Positions 28,747 through 37,650 of a stretch of DNA of 64,000 nt are shown here, piece after piece. This DNA comes from an uncultured Acidobacteriota bacterium (GTDB lineage: Bacteria > Acidobacteriota > Vicinamibacteria > Vicinamibacterales > SCN-69-37). The stretch spans positions 214,878 to 278,877 of the forward strand of contig CAWBZK010000003.1 in the NCBI GenBank assembly GCA_963793255.1. Reading direction: 5' to 3'. Below the pieces are notes generated by a model that saw only the letters and a list, made by a program, of their open reading frames with translations, made no database searches and was not told where the DNA came from. The translations under genes were made by a program, and so were the position numbers. The first letter of the stretch is position 1. Each line of letters opens with the position of its first letter.

Positions 28747-29105
28747 TCAAGCAACCAGCCCATTCAGCAACCCGGTCTCTTTGGCGAATTCAAGGTTTTC
28801 CGGTAGCACCAGCGGTCCCAAGGCAACGCGAAGGCGCGAGCCTCGCTGAATCAACCGGAGTCGCCGGCCATCTTCGGTTGCTCCTGCTGCAATCTGAGCC
28901 GGAGTTCCACGGCTTGACGTCGAAGGTGGCCATCGAGCGCCTCGGCCGCCATCTCCGGTCGCTCCACCTCCACGGGCATGACGTGGAGCCACTGAACCGT
29001 CTGCCGTTCGTTGATGCCAGCCAGTAACCGCGCGAGCGTGCAGGACGACGGCAGCGCCGACTTCGGCAGACCAACTGCGATCTCATGAACGAGGTTGGCC
29101 AGCAA
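28747..29105 (-). other. unassigned coding remnant (two frames)
   Basis: LANLVHEIAVGLPKSALPSSCTLARLLAGINERQTVQWLHV..., then after a frame change LIQRGSRLRVALGPLVLPENLEFAKETGLLNGLVA. No family recognised. Confidence 0.2.
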
Positions 29106-29174
29106 TCAAGAAGAATGTCTACGAAAATCTCATGGGCGGTCTGTTCTCAGTGCGCGACTGAAGTCGAACGGCCG

Positions 29175-29340
29175 TCTGTTCACGTTTCTGGCGATGGCGG
29201 ATGGTCGGAGTTCTACTGGACGTTCAACGCGACGCTCAGAGAGAACGGAAGCCCAGTCGTAAGCCGTGGTCGAGAGTCACAAATTTACCGGCGCGAGAAC
29301 GGCCAATGGCGCATCGTGCATGTTCATTACTCGAGCACGC
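29175..29340 (+). pseudogene. C-terminal fragment of a DUF4440/SnoaL-like (NTF2 fold) protein
   Basis: VHVSGDGGWSEFYWTFNATLRENGSPVVSRGRESQIYRRENGQWRIVHVHYS matches the last three strands of the fold; the N-terminal helices are missing. Confidence 0.35.
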
Positions 29341-29503
29341 CAGAGACTCGCGCAGGTCCCGGGCTCTCGCCCTGCGCGAAGATGCTGGGGGCTCGCAGAG
29401 ATCCGCTAGACCTCGCTCAGAGCGCCTTGACGCCTCGAAACTGCCGCGCCTATCATCCGGCCGCTTGCACCACTCGCCGGAGGCCCGATTGACTTGTCCT
29501 TCC

Positions 29504-29911
29504 GTGAAGCGTTTCGTCGCGCTCTGTCTTGCGTTCGTGCTCGCTTTCACAGGACTTATTAGCACGGCCTGCAACTCGGGCAGTGACAACGGGGTGGTGT
29601 CTCCCTCTCCTCTCACCTCGCAGCCGTCAGGTCGCTATTTCGCGTTTCAAACGGACAACTCCAAGGTGCCCGCCATGGCGATCGATGCCGAGGAAGGAGT
29701 CCTACTCGGCGTCGTGACAGGAAATGGACCGGACTCCGGCGGCGCAGTGTTTGTACACAACGGCCAGCCAATTACCGTCTTCCGGAACGCCAGTGGTTTG
29801 CCAGGGCGCATGGTCGTCGGCACCACCGTCTTTCTGTTCGAGAACTACACGGACACGACAGTCGATATTGCGTCGGCGTCGGGAAACCAGTTTGAGATCG
29901 CTAGGCGATAA
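29504..29911 (+). CDS. lipoprotein, unknown function
   Basis: GTG start; VKRFVALCLAFVLAFTGLISTAC-NSGSDNG lipobox; 135 aa. Confidence 0.5.
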   Translation: MKRFVALCLAFVLAFTGLISTACNSGSDNGVVSPSPLTSQPSGRYFAFQTDNSKVPAMAIDAEEGVLLGVVTGNGPDSGGAVFVHNGQPITVFRNASGLPGRMVVGTTVFLFENYTDTTVDIASASGNQFEIARR

Positions 29912-29999
29912 CCGATCGACTCAGCGAAACTGGCCTCGCTTCGTGGTTCCATGTCCTTGCCTTTCGATTTGGTCGGCGCCCTGCTGCCTTGTCTCGTGA

Positions 30000-30781
30000 A
30001 TGGAGCAAGTTCTGGTTGCCACGGCGCTACTGGTGAATATCGCCGCTTGTGCAGTAGCCATAGCATTTCCGCCAGCCGGGGCACTTGCCGGCCTCATATT
30101 GGCTTGCTCTTCTGCAGTGATTGGCCTGCTGACGCTCCCTGGCGTCCTCGACGATCCCAACATCAAAGATGCACTTGAAGTTGTCGACGGTCTGAAGGCT
30201 ATCAGCGAGGACGTGGGTTGTGTCTTGGGATCGCCCGTCGCCGTCCTGATCCAGTGCTTCGCAGCCGCCATCGATACGTTCAAGCTCGCCGCGCCGGGAA
30301 TTTCTGACCTGACCGACTCGCTCGCGGAGGCTCTGGAAGAACTCCTGAAGCCCGATCCCGCAGAACCGAATCCGGCTACGGGATTGTTTCGCGGGTCCTT
30401 CGTCGCCACCGGGAGTTTTTCTTCCGGCCCATGCGTATGGAGCGTGAAAGAAGACTGGAAAGATGTCCAACTGTCGATCACTCCAGATCGTGGAGGATAC
30501 AGAGGCTACATGTGGGCCGCCCTGAGGTTTGAGCGAGGTACGCTGGTTAGCGGTCCTTCAAGTTGTCCGATACCGCTTTGGTCCAGGAGCGGACCACGTA
30601 TCGGTTTTTGAACGTGACGGGAACGGAGGGAAACTGGCGATTCGAGGCGGTCGGCGGAGCGCCTCCCGGCCAAGACGTTGTAACGTTCGACGGAACGGCC
30701 AGCCGCAGCAATGCCTCAGGGAGCTACTCGCGGACAAATACCGGTCTCAGCGTCAGTGGCGACTTCGGGTTGAGTCGCTGA
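30000..30781 (+). CDS. membrane-anchored hypothetical protein; one frame break about 30565
   Basis: Two N-terminal TM segments (LVATALLVNIAACAVAIAF, ALAGLILACSSAVIGLLTL). After ...RFERGTLVSGPSSC the frame of ORF 30563..30781 continues DTALVQERTTYRFLNVTGTEGNWRFEAVGG... Confidence 0.4.
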
Positions 30782-30960
30782 CTACTCGGGCTCGGCCGCG
30801 CGAGCGACTATTCAGTTTTCAAGGAGCTTCGCCAAATCTTGTGCGGCCAAGAAGATGGCATCGCTGGTGAAACCTCCGCGATCACCGCTCACGGAGCGGC
30901 GGCCCAACGTGTACCCGACATCGGTCCTCCGACACCCAATTCCAACGAACTTGCTGAAAG

Positions 30961-30996
30961 AAAACAGGCCGGATTTGTTGGGAATCCGGCCTGTTT
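30961..30996. terminator. bidirectional intrinsic terminator-like hairpin just inside attR
   Basis: aaacaggccgga-tttgttgggaa-tccggcctgtttt: a 12-bp stem flanked by an A-run on the left and a T-run on the right. Confidence 0.5.
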
Positions 30997-31010
30997 TCGA
31001 ACCGCCTGAG

Positions 31011-31058
31011 AGACTGAAAATCACGGTGTCGGCAGTTCGATTCTGCCCCTCGGCACCA
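31011..31058 (+). repeat. attR-like partial tRNA-Phe copy
   Basis: gactgaaaattcacggtgtcggcagttcgattctgcccctcggcacca; identical to tRNA positions 25053-25099 except for one inserted T. Confidence 0.8.
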
Positions 31059-31181
31059 ATCAAGAACTTCAAGATCAACAACTTCGACGGACCGCAGACG
31101 GACGAGCGCGGTCTGTGACGCGAGATAATGGCCCTTATTTCTACAGCTCGCTAATGGTTCTTATCGTTGATAGGAGTCAGT

Positions 31182-32141
31182 GTGATCAAGCGGCGACTCG
31201 GGTCTACGGCAATGGAAATCACGTCGATCGGCATCGGCACGTGGGCGATCGGCGGACACCTGTGGGGCGGCCAGGATGACGCGCTGAGCATCGCGGCGAT
31301 TCATGCGGCGGTCGATCACGGCGTCAACTGGATCGACACCGCGCCCATTTACGGATCGGGTCACTCCGAGACGGTCGTCGGCCGCGCGATCAAGGCGCTG
31401 CCCTCGTCGCGCCGGCCGCTCATCTTCACGAAGTGCGGGTTGGGTCAGAACAGCGACGCGGCCACCAAATCCGCGAGCGCCGCGGAGGTCATCGAAGAGT
31501 GCGACGCGAGCCTGCGGCGGCTCGGCATCGACGCGATCGATTTGTATCAGCTCCACTGGCCCGTGCCGCAGCCAATCGCCGAAACCGCCGGAGCCTTCGC
31601 AAAGCTCCTCGCGGCCGGCAAGATCCGCGCGATCGGCGTGTCGAACTTCTCAGTGCCTCAGCTCGAGGAATGGCGCGCGACGGGCGTACCGTTGCACTCC
31701 GATCAGCCGCCGTTCAGTGTGCTGCGGCCGGCCGCCGGCAAGGACGTGCTGCCATGGTGCGCGGCGAACGGCGTGGGCGCGATCTCGTACTCGCCGCTTC
31801 TGCGCGGCATGCTGTTCGGCACCTGGACGCGTGACAAGACGTTTCCGCCCGATGACGGTCGCAGCACCCACAAGGACTACTCCGGCCGCCGGTTTCAACG
31901 CCACCTCGACGCGATCGACGAGCTGCAGGCGCTCGCGCGCCAGGGCGGCCTGAGCTGCGGTCAACTCTCGGTCGGCGTGCTGCTCCGCCACCCGGGACTC
32001 ACCGGCTGCATCGTCGGCGCGCGCAACGCGCGACAGGCCGCGCTCATCGCGGGCCTTGGCGTGACCGTCACCAACGAACAGGACGCTGAAGTCTGGAAGA
32101 TCGTCGGGCGGCTGCAGAAGGATCTGGAAACCATGTACTGA
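31182..32141 (+). CDS. aldo/keto reductase
   Basis: GTG start 7 nt after AGGAG; IGIGTWAIGG, IDTAPIYG, DLYQLHWP, AIGVSNF. Confidence 0.85.
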   Translation: MIKRRLGSTAMEITSIGIGTWAIGGHLWGGQDDALSIAAIHAAVDHGVNWIDTAPIYGSGHSETVVGRAIKALPSSRRPLIFTKCGLGQNSDAATKSASAAEVIEECDASLRRLGIDAIDLYQLHWPVPQPIAETAGAFAKLLAAGKIRAIGVSNFSVPQLEEWRATGVPLHSDQPPFSVLRPAAGKDVLPWCAANGVGAISYSPLLRGMLFGTWTRDKTFPPDDGRSTHKDYSGRRFQRHLDAIDELQALARQGGLSCGQLSVGVLLRHPGLTGCIVGARNARQAALIAGLGVTVTNEQDAEVWKIVGRLQKDLETMY

Positions 32142-32181
32142 ACTACGGCCGGTCTGAAGACCGGCCGCTCCATCGCAGCAC

Positions 32182-33159
32182 TCACGTCCAGGGCAGCTGG
32201 CCGCGACGCGTCCAGTACTGATCGGCCGGCTCCGCGATCGCGCCGAGCGCCTCCAGGTGCGAAGGCTCGAGGGGCACACGCAGACTTTGCACGTTGCTGG
32301 CCAGCTGCGCTTCGGTCACCGCCCCCGACAAGACGACGTCGGCCCACGGTTGGGCGAGCACCGCCGCGAGCGCGACGGCGTCTGCGCTTGCATCGAGTCG
32401 ATCGGCGACGTCCCGAAGCGCCGTCGGACAGGCGCTTTCCGAGCGGCTCGCCAGTCTCCCGTTCGCGAGGCCTTCCTTCACGATCACGCCCCAACCAAGC
32501 CGGTGCGCCTCGTCCAGCGCGGAGGCCGCCGACGGCTCCAGCAGGTTCCACGTCGCTTGCACGCATCGAAACGGATTGACGCCCTCAACCTCCGCGTCGA
32601 ATGCCCGGCGAATGGTTTCGGCCTGGCGCGGACCGCTGACCGTCAGACCGATCACGAGTCCGTCATCCGCCAGTCGCACGAGCTTCGCGAGCACACGCCG
32701 ATCCTCGAGCACGCCGCTGTCGAGCGTCGCCGAATGGATTTGATAGAGGGCCAACCGGTCGCCCAGCTGGGCTCGAGTTTCCGCGATCTGCCGCTCGAGC
32801 GTCTCGAGCGAGAGGTCCTTCACTTCGTGCACGCGGGCGTCCGGCTGCCAGTCCGCCGTGTACGTGTAGCCCCATTTCGATCCGACGGTCGCGTCGGTCC
32901 GCGACAGTTGGCGCGCGTGCAACCAGTGACCCAGGAACTCTTCGGCGAGGCCGTATGAGCGCGCCGCATCGAAATAACGAATCCCTGCCGCATACGCCGC
33001 GTCGAGCACCGCGTGACAACGGCGTTCCATCACGTCCACGTCCCGGTCGGCGGGCAGGTCCGCGCCTCTGCCGAGATTGATGTACGACGGCCGGCCGAGC
33101 GCCGCCAGTCCGAGTCCGAGGCGCGTCACCGGCAGCCCGGTCCTTCCAAGCAGTCGCAT
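32182..33159 (-). CDS. aldo/keto reductase
   Basis: Internal start MRLLGRTGLPVTRLGLGLAALG; FDAARSYG, LALYQIHS. The N-terminal 83 codons of the ORF overlap glpF antisense and look non-coding. Confidence 0.8.
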   Translation of the reverse strand: MRLLGRTGLPVTRLGLGLAALGRPSYINLGRGADLPADRDVDVMERRCHAVLDAAYAAGIRYFDAARSYGLAEEFLGHWLHARQLSRTDATVGSKWGYTYTADWQPDARVHEVKDLSLETLERQIAETRAQLGDRLALYQIHSATLDSGVLEDRRVLAKLVRLADDGLVIGLTVSGPRQAETIRRAFDAEVEGVNPFRCVQATWNLLEPSAASALDEAHRLGWGVIVKEGLANGRLASRSESACPTALRDVADRLDASADAVALAAVLAQPWADVVLSGAVTEAQLASNVQSLRVPLEPSHLEALGAIAEPADQYWTRRGQLPWT

Positions 33160-33262
33160 TCCCGTTACTTTAGAGGACCGAGGGGCTCCGCCCCTGGACT
33201 CTCCGCAGTGGCCTGGACGCTTGATGCCACGGGCGCAACCGGATAGGCTGTGCGCCGCCACC

Positions 33263-33994
33263 ATGACTCCATTCCTTGCGGAACTTGTCGGTACCATGCT
33301 GCTCGTCCTCTTCGGCGACGGCGTCGTCGCCAACGTCGTGCTCGGAAAATCCAAGGGCCAGAACTCCGGCTGGATCGTCATCGCGGCCGGCTGGGCGGCG
33401 GCCGTCACGATTGCCGTCTACGCGGTGAACGCGCTGAGCGGCGCGCACCTGAACCCGGCGGTGACGATCGGGATGGCTGTCATCGGCAAGTTCCCGTGGG
33501 CGAACGTGCCCTCGTACGTGCTGGCGCAGACCATCGGCGCGTTCATCGGCGGTGTGCTGGTGTGGCTGACGTATCTGCCGCACTGGGCGCATACCAGCGA
33601 CGCCGGCGCGAAGCTCGCGGTGTTCTCCACCGGCCCCGCCGTTCGGAACCTGGCGTCGAACGTGATCACCGAGGCCATCGCAACCGCGGCGCTCGTCATC
33701 GGGATCCTCAGCGTGCTCACGCCGAAGAACCTCGTCCCGAACACGGGATTCGACACCGGCCTCGCGCCGCTGCTCGTCGGCGTGATCGTGTTCGGCATCG
33801 GTTTGTCACTTGGCGGACCGACGGGTTACGCAATCAATCCCGCCCGCGACCTCGGCCCACGCATCGCGCACGCGCTGCTGCCTATTCCTGGCAAGGGATC
33901 GTCGGACTGGGGCTACGCGCTGGTGCCAGTCGTCGGCCCGATCCTCGGCGGCGTTGCGGGCGCGCTCCTGTACTCGATGCTCTGGGGGGCGTGA
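33263..33994 (+). CDS. glpF: aquaglyceroporin (MIP family)
   Basis: Two NPA boxes (SGAHLNPAVT, GYAINPARDLGPR); six TM segments. Confidence 0.85.
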   Translation: MTPFLAELVGTMLLVLFGDGVVANVVLGKSKGQNSGWIVIAAGWAAAVTIAVYAVNALSGAHLNPAVTIGMAVIGKFPWANVPSYVLAQTIGAFIGGVLVWLTYLPHWAHTSDAGAKLAVFSTGPAVRNLASNVITEAIATAALVIGILSVLTPKNLVPNTGFDTGLAPLLVGVIVFGIGLSLGGPTGYAINPARDLGPRIAHALLPIPGKGSSDWGYALVPVVGPILGGVAGALLYSMLWGA

Positions 33995-34073
33995 GGCAGG
34001 CGCGACCTACCCAGGGAGCCCCTCCCTAGCCATCACACGACCGGCGGCCACGTTTAGGTTGGCACCACGTGGC

Positions 34074-34577
34074 TCAGTGCCAATTCCAGTCGTCGTTGCG
34101 CGACAAATCGGCCGAGCCACCGAGGACGCCGATCGAGATGTTCGCGAACGTGAACACCTTCGTTCCGGGCTCGAGGTGGCCGCCGACGACCTGGCGTGGG
34201 TTCGCCAGGGTGATGTGCGGATGCACGCGGCCGTTCATGATGAGGCCACTGACGTTCAGCAGATCGTATGGACCATTGCCTTTCACGTAGACGTCTTTCG
34301 GCGGGAAGAACGTGTTGTCTACGACGTGCACATGGTAAGACGTCACCGATCCGAAGGCACTGAGAATGACCCCGTTCGTGATCTTCTCGCGCGCGACGGC
34401 CTGTTTTAGCGCCTCGAGCAAGTCAGTCCCATTCTTCAGTCGAACAACGACGACGCGCTCGATGTCGGCCGACGTGGTGTGAACATCGGGCGCGGCCGTG
34501 GCAGTGGCCTGCGGTTGGGCGGACACGACCGTCGCAGACACGCCGATCGCGAGCGCGAGACACAGAAGTCGTCGCAT
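34074..34577 (-). CDS. secreted PPC/PCC (DUF296) domain protein
   Basis: Signal MRRLLCLALAIGVSATVVSAQ; VVVRLKNGTDLLEALKQ...ILSAFGSV...LNVSGLIMNGRVHPHITLA...VVGGHLEPG. Confidence 0.65.
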   Translation of the reverse strand: MRRLLCLALAIGVSATVVSAQPQATATAAPDVHTTSADIERVVVVRLKNGTDLLEALKQAVAREKITNGVILSAFGSVTSYHVHVVDNTFFPPKDVYVKGNGPYDLLNVSGLIMNGRVHPHITLANPRQVVGGHLEPGTKVFTFANISIGVLGGSADLSRNDDWNWH

Positions 34578-34788
34578 GGATCCTCCAGCGCTGCACTCTA
34601 CAATCAAACGCTGGACAGAAGATCGTCAGCTCGTTCGCCGCCGGCCGCACCGGCCACACTCAAGGGATCGAGTGCGGTAACACCGTAGGGGAAGGTCTCC
34701 ATATGACCATGCCGGTCGCATGCATAGACATGCACTGGTTGTGTCTCTCCAGATATTCCGCGATTCTAGGCGGCCAGAAGGAGTGCCC

Positions 34789-35979
34789 ATGACCACCGCG
34801 CGTTTCACGTGGATCGCGACAGCGCTCGCGTTGCTCATTGCCACGACGCCCGCTCGCGCGCAGACGACGTCGCCCTCGGCCGAGATCAGCCAAGAGGGCC
34901 GGACCACCTTCCGTGTCCATGCGCCCGAGGCCACCGATGTTCGCGTCACCGGCAACTGGCCTGGCGGGGGGCCCGTGGCGATGACGAAGGACGCCGGTGG
35001 CGTCTGGTCCGCGACCGTGGGTCCGCTCACGCCGGAGCTGTGGTCGTATCGCTTTATCGTCAACGGCGTCCCGACCGTGGACCCGCAGAACAACAACGTC
35101 ATCCGCGACGGGTTGCGCGTGGACAACCTGCTGCTCGTGCCGGGCGCCGAGTCCGCCCTGTACCAGAACCGTGATGTTCCGCACGGCACGCTGGCGGCCA
35201 CGTGGTACGACTCGCCTTCCCTCAAGCTCAAGCGGCGGATGCTCGTGTACACACCGCCCGGCTACGAGACGTCGTCGGCACGGTTTCCAGTGCTCTACCT
35301 GCTCCACGGCTACGGCGGCGACGAAGGTGAATGGGTTGGGCTTGGCCGGACGGTGCAGATCATGGACAACCTGATCGCGCAGGGGCGCGCCAGGCCGATG
35401 ATCGTGGTGATGCCCAACGGCCACGCCGCCGAACGAATGGCGCCGGGCAGCGGACCGGTGGAGGGTCAGACGCCGCGTCCCCAGCCGGCCGTCGGCCCGC
35501 CGTCGCCACCTCCGCCCGCTCCAGCCGCTCCGCTCACCGCCGCCACGCGCGGGATGGTCCTTGGCGGAACCTATCCGGATAGCTTCATGACGGACGTTGT
35601 CTCGTTCGTCGAACGCACGTACCGTGTCGCGCCCGGCGCCGGCAATCACGCGGTCGCCGGCCTCTCGATGGGCGGCATGCACACGTTGGCCATCGCCACC
35701 GCCAATCCCGGTACGTTCGACTACGTCGGCATCTTCAGCCACGCCTCTCGCATCGATGATGGCGTCAACGGACGGCTGGCGGCGCTCAAGGCCAGGAGCC
35801 CGAAACTGCTCTACGTGGCCGTGGGGGTAGACGATTTTCTTCTCGAGAACTCGCGGGCGTTGTTGGAACGGATGAAAGCCGCTGGCCTCGCGCCGGCCTA
35901 TCAGGAGACACCGGGCGCGCACACGTGGTTCGTCTGGCGCCGGTACCTGGGCGACTTCGCGCCGCGGCTCTTCCGTTGA
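34789..35979 (+). CDS. secreted esterase (putative-esterase fold) with N-terminal E-set/CBM48-like domain
   Basis: GAAGGAG RBS; signal peptide; TFRVHAPEATDVRVTGNW...WSYRFIVNG; PVLYLLHGYGGDEGEW; GLSMGG. Confidence 0.75.
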   Translation: MTTARFTWIATALALLIATTPARAQTTSPSAEISQEGRTTFRVHAPEATDVRVTGNWPGGGPVAMTKDAGGVWSATVGPLTPELWSYRFIVNGVPTVDPQNNNVIRDGLRVDNLLLVPGAESALYQNRDVPHGTLAATWYDSPSLKLKRRMLVYTPPGYETSSARFPVLYLLHGYGGDEGEWVGLGRTVQIMDNLIAQGRARPMIVVMPNGHAAERMAPGSGPVEGQTPRPQPAVGPPSPPPPAPAAPLTAATRGMVLGGTYPDSFMTDVVSFVERTYRVAPGAGNHAVAGLSMGGMHTLAIATANPGTFDYVGIFSHASRIDDGVNGRLAALKARSPKLLYVAVGVDDFLLENSRALLERMKAAGLAPAYQETPGAHTWFVWRRYLGDFAPRLFR

Positions 35980-36098
35980 CGGAGGCCCGAAACGGCAACC
36001 GCTTCCGAGGCGTATCGCCGTTGTCGGGTCAGTCTTGATGTTGTTGGCCGGCTTCTTCCGGCTGGTCGAGAGCTATTTTTCGTTTGAAGGCTGGAGGG

Positions 36099-36134
36099 CC
36101 TGAGCCCTAAGCCGTGAGCCCTAAGCCCAGCGCC
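36099..36134. repeat. single-arm heptamer array NTNAGCC x5
   Basis: cctgagc cctaagc cgtgagc cctaagc ccagcgc, upstream of the DUF3500 gene. Confidence 0.5.
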
Positions 36135-36191
36135 GGAAGACGGTGCTAGACTTCGCCTTTCAGCCCAGTTCCCCGGGAGAGGAATCGACTC

Positions 36192-37577
36192 ATGCGTCTC
36201 ATTTCTCAACGAGCGTTGGTGTACACGGCAGTTGGCGTCGTCGCAATGGGCTTGTGGGCGACCGGGCTCGTCGCGCGGCAGCGCGCCGCGGCGGCGATGG
36301 CGACGGCGGCCACGGCCTATGTGAACAGCCTGACGCCGGAACAGAAACAGAAGGGCGTCTTCCCGATGCCCGACAAGGCGTGTCTCGACGCGGAGACCTC
36401 GACCTGCGAGTGGACAAAATGGGCGTTCATCCCCGCGAGCATGTCGCCGAGAAACGGCGTGCCCCTCAAAGACATGACCGAGCAGCAGCGCCAGCGCGCG
36501 CACGACCTGATGAAAGCGAGCATGAGCCAGGCCGGGTACACCACCGCGACGACGATCATGAGTCTCGAGCTGGTGATGCGCGTCACGGAGGGCGCCGACG
36601 AGACCGGTCGCTCGGGCGGCCAGCCGGTCGGACAGTTCGTCATGACGACGCCCGCGCCAACGCTCGGCGCGGCGTGCGGTCTTGGTGACATGAGCGCCGT
36701 CGTCCCCGCGCCGGGCGTCCCGACGGGTCGCCGCGGTGGCGGCGCGCGTGCTGGCGGTCAGCCGGGTGGCGCAGCAGGCGGCGGTCAGGCTGCGGGTGGC
36801 GCGGCGCAGCCTGGCGGCGGTCAGGCTGCAGCTGGTGCTGGTCAGCCTGGCGGCGGTGGCGGTCGTGCAGGTGGCGGCGGTCGTGCCGGCGGCGGCGCGC
36901 CGATCATCCGCGATCCCGGGCTCTACTACTTCAGCGTGTTCGGCGAGCCCTCCACGAAGACGGCCTGGGGCTGGCGCGTGGAAGGCCATCACGTCTCGTT
37001 CCGTTTCGCCGTGGACGGCGCGAAGATGACCGTGGCGACGACGCCGAACTTCCTCGGCGCGAATCCGGCCCGTGTGCCCGATGGCGCGCCGAATCCGGGC
37101 CTGCGCGCGCTTGCGCTGCAGGAAGACTCCGCGCGAGCGCTCATGCAGTCGATGACGCCGGCGCAGTGCTCCGTCGCGCTCGTTTCCGGCACGCCGATTG
37201 GCGATGTCGGGAGCGGGACTCGGCTCAAGGTCGATCCCGCCAACCCCCTCGGCATACCCGCGGCGCAGATGACGCCGGCGCAGCGCGACCTGCTCCTGAA
37301 GCTGCTCGAGAGCTACACGAACGTGATGGCCGCCGACATCGCGGCCGATCGGGTGAACAAGATCAAGGCCGCCGGCATCGAGAAGATCTCGTTCGCGTGG
37401 TCCGGTTCCAGCGAGCCGCGCCAGCCCTACTTCTACCAGGTGCAGGGGCCGACGTTCGTGCTCGAGCACAACAACACGCAGAACAACGCCAACCACATCC
37501 ACTCGGTGTGGCGTGACTACAACGGGGACTTCGGCCGCGACCTCCTCGCCGAGCACCTCGCGGCGGTACCGCATTAA
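36192..37577 (+). CDS. DUF3500 domain protein with Gly-rich low-complexity insert
   Basis: GWRVEGHHVSFRF, FLGANP, VLEHNNTQNNANHIHSVWRDYNGDFGRDLL. Insert RRGGGARAGGQPGGAAGGGQAAGGAAQPGGGQAAAGAGQPGGGGGRAGGGGRAGGG. Confidence 0.75.
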   Translation: MRLISQRALVYTAVGVVAMGLWATGLVARQRAAAAMATAATAYVNSLTPEQKQKGVFPMPDKACLDAETSTCEWTKWAFIPASMSPRNGVPLKDMTEQQRQRAHDLMKASMSQAGYTTATTIMSLELVMRVTEGADETGRSGGQPVGQFVMTTPAPTLGAACGLGDMSAVVPAPGVPTGRRGGGARAGGQPGGAAGGGQAAGGAAQPGGGQAAAGAGQPGGGGGRAGGGGRAGGGAPIIRDPGLYYFSVFGEPSTKTAWGWRVEGHHVSFRFAVDGAKMTVATTPNFLGANPARVPDGAPNPGLRALALQEDSARALMQSMTPAQCSVALVSGTPIGDVGSGTRLKVDPANPLGIPAAQMTPAQRDLLLKLLESYTNVMAADIAADRVNKIKAAGIEKISFAWSGSSEPRQPYFYQVQGPTFVLEHNNTQNNANHIHSVWRDYNGDFGRDLLAEHLAAVPH

Positions 37578-37585
37578 ACAAGTTC

Positions 37586-37650
37586 GAAGTAAGAAGTGAG
37601 AAGTCAGAATTCATACTTCTGACTTCTTACTTTCTGACTTCTCACTTACT
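37586..37650. terminator. bidirectional hairpin of GAAGTNA heptamers between convergent genes
   Basis: gaagtaa gaagtga gaagtca gaattc-at-acttctgacttcttactttctgacttctcacttact. The right arm overlaps the last 3 codons of the kinase gene. Confidence 0.6.

Larger units (their letters stand above)
25100..31010. mobile_element. decayed tRNA-Phe-integrated island / prophage remnant (no integrase detectable)
   Basis: Bounded by the tRNA 3'-half direct repeat. It contains a fragmented HK97-type capsid gene, frameshifted secreted-protein genes, a truncated DUF4440-like fragment and internal 180-nt repeats. It has the highest frame-break density in the window. Confidence 0.6.

Noticed and set aside
25100-31010. 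Integrase, excisionase or toxin-antitoxin genes in the island
   Set aside because: No six-frame translation shows tyrosine-recombinase (R..H-x-x-R..Y) or serine-recombinase blocks. The remnant at 28747-29105 was considered as a TA or regulatory gene but matches nothing I can name.
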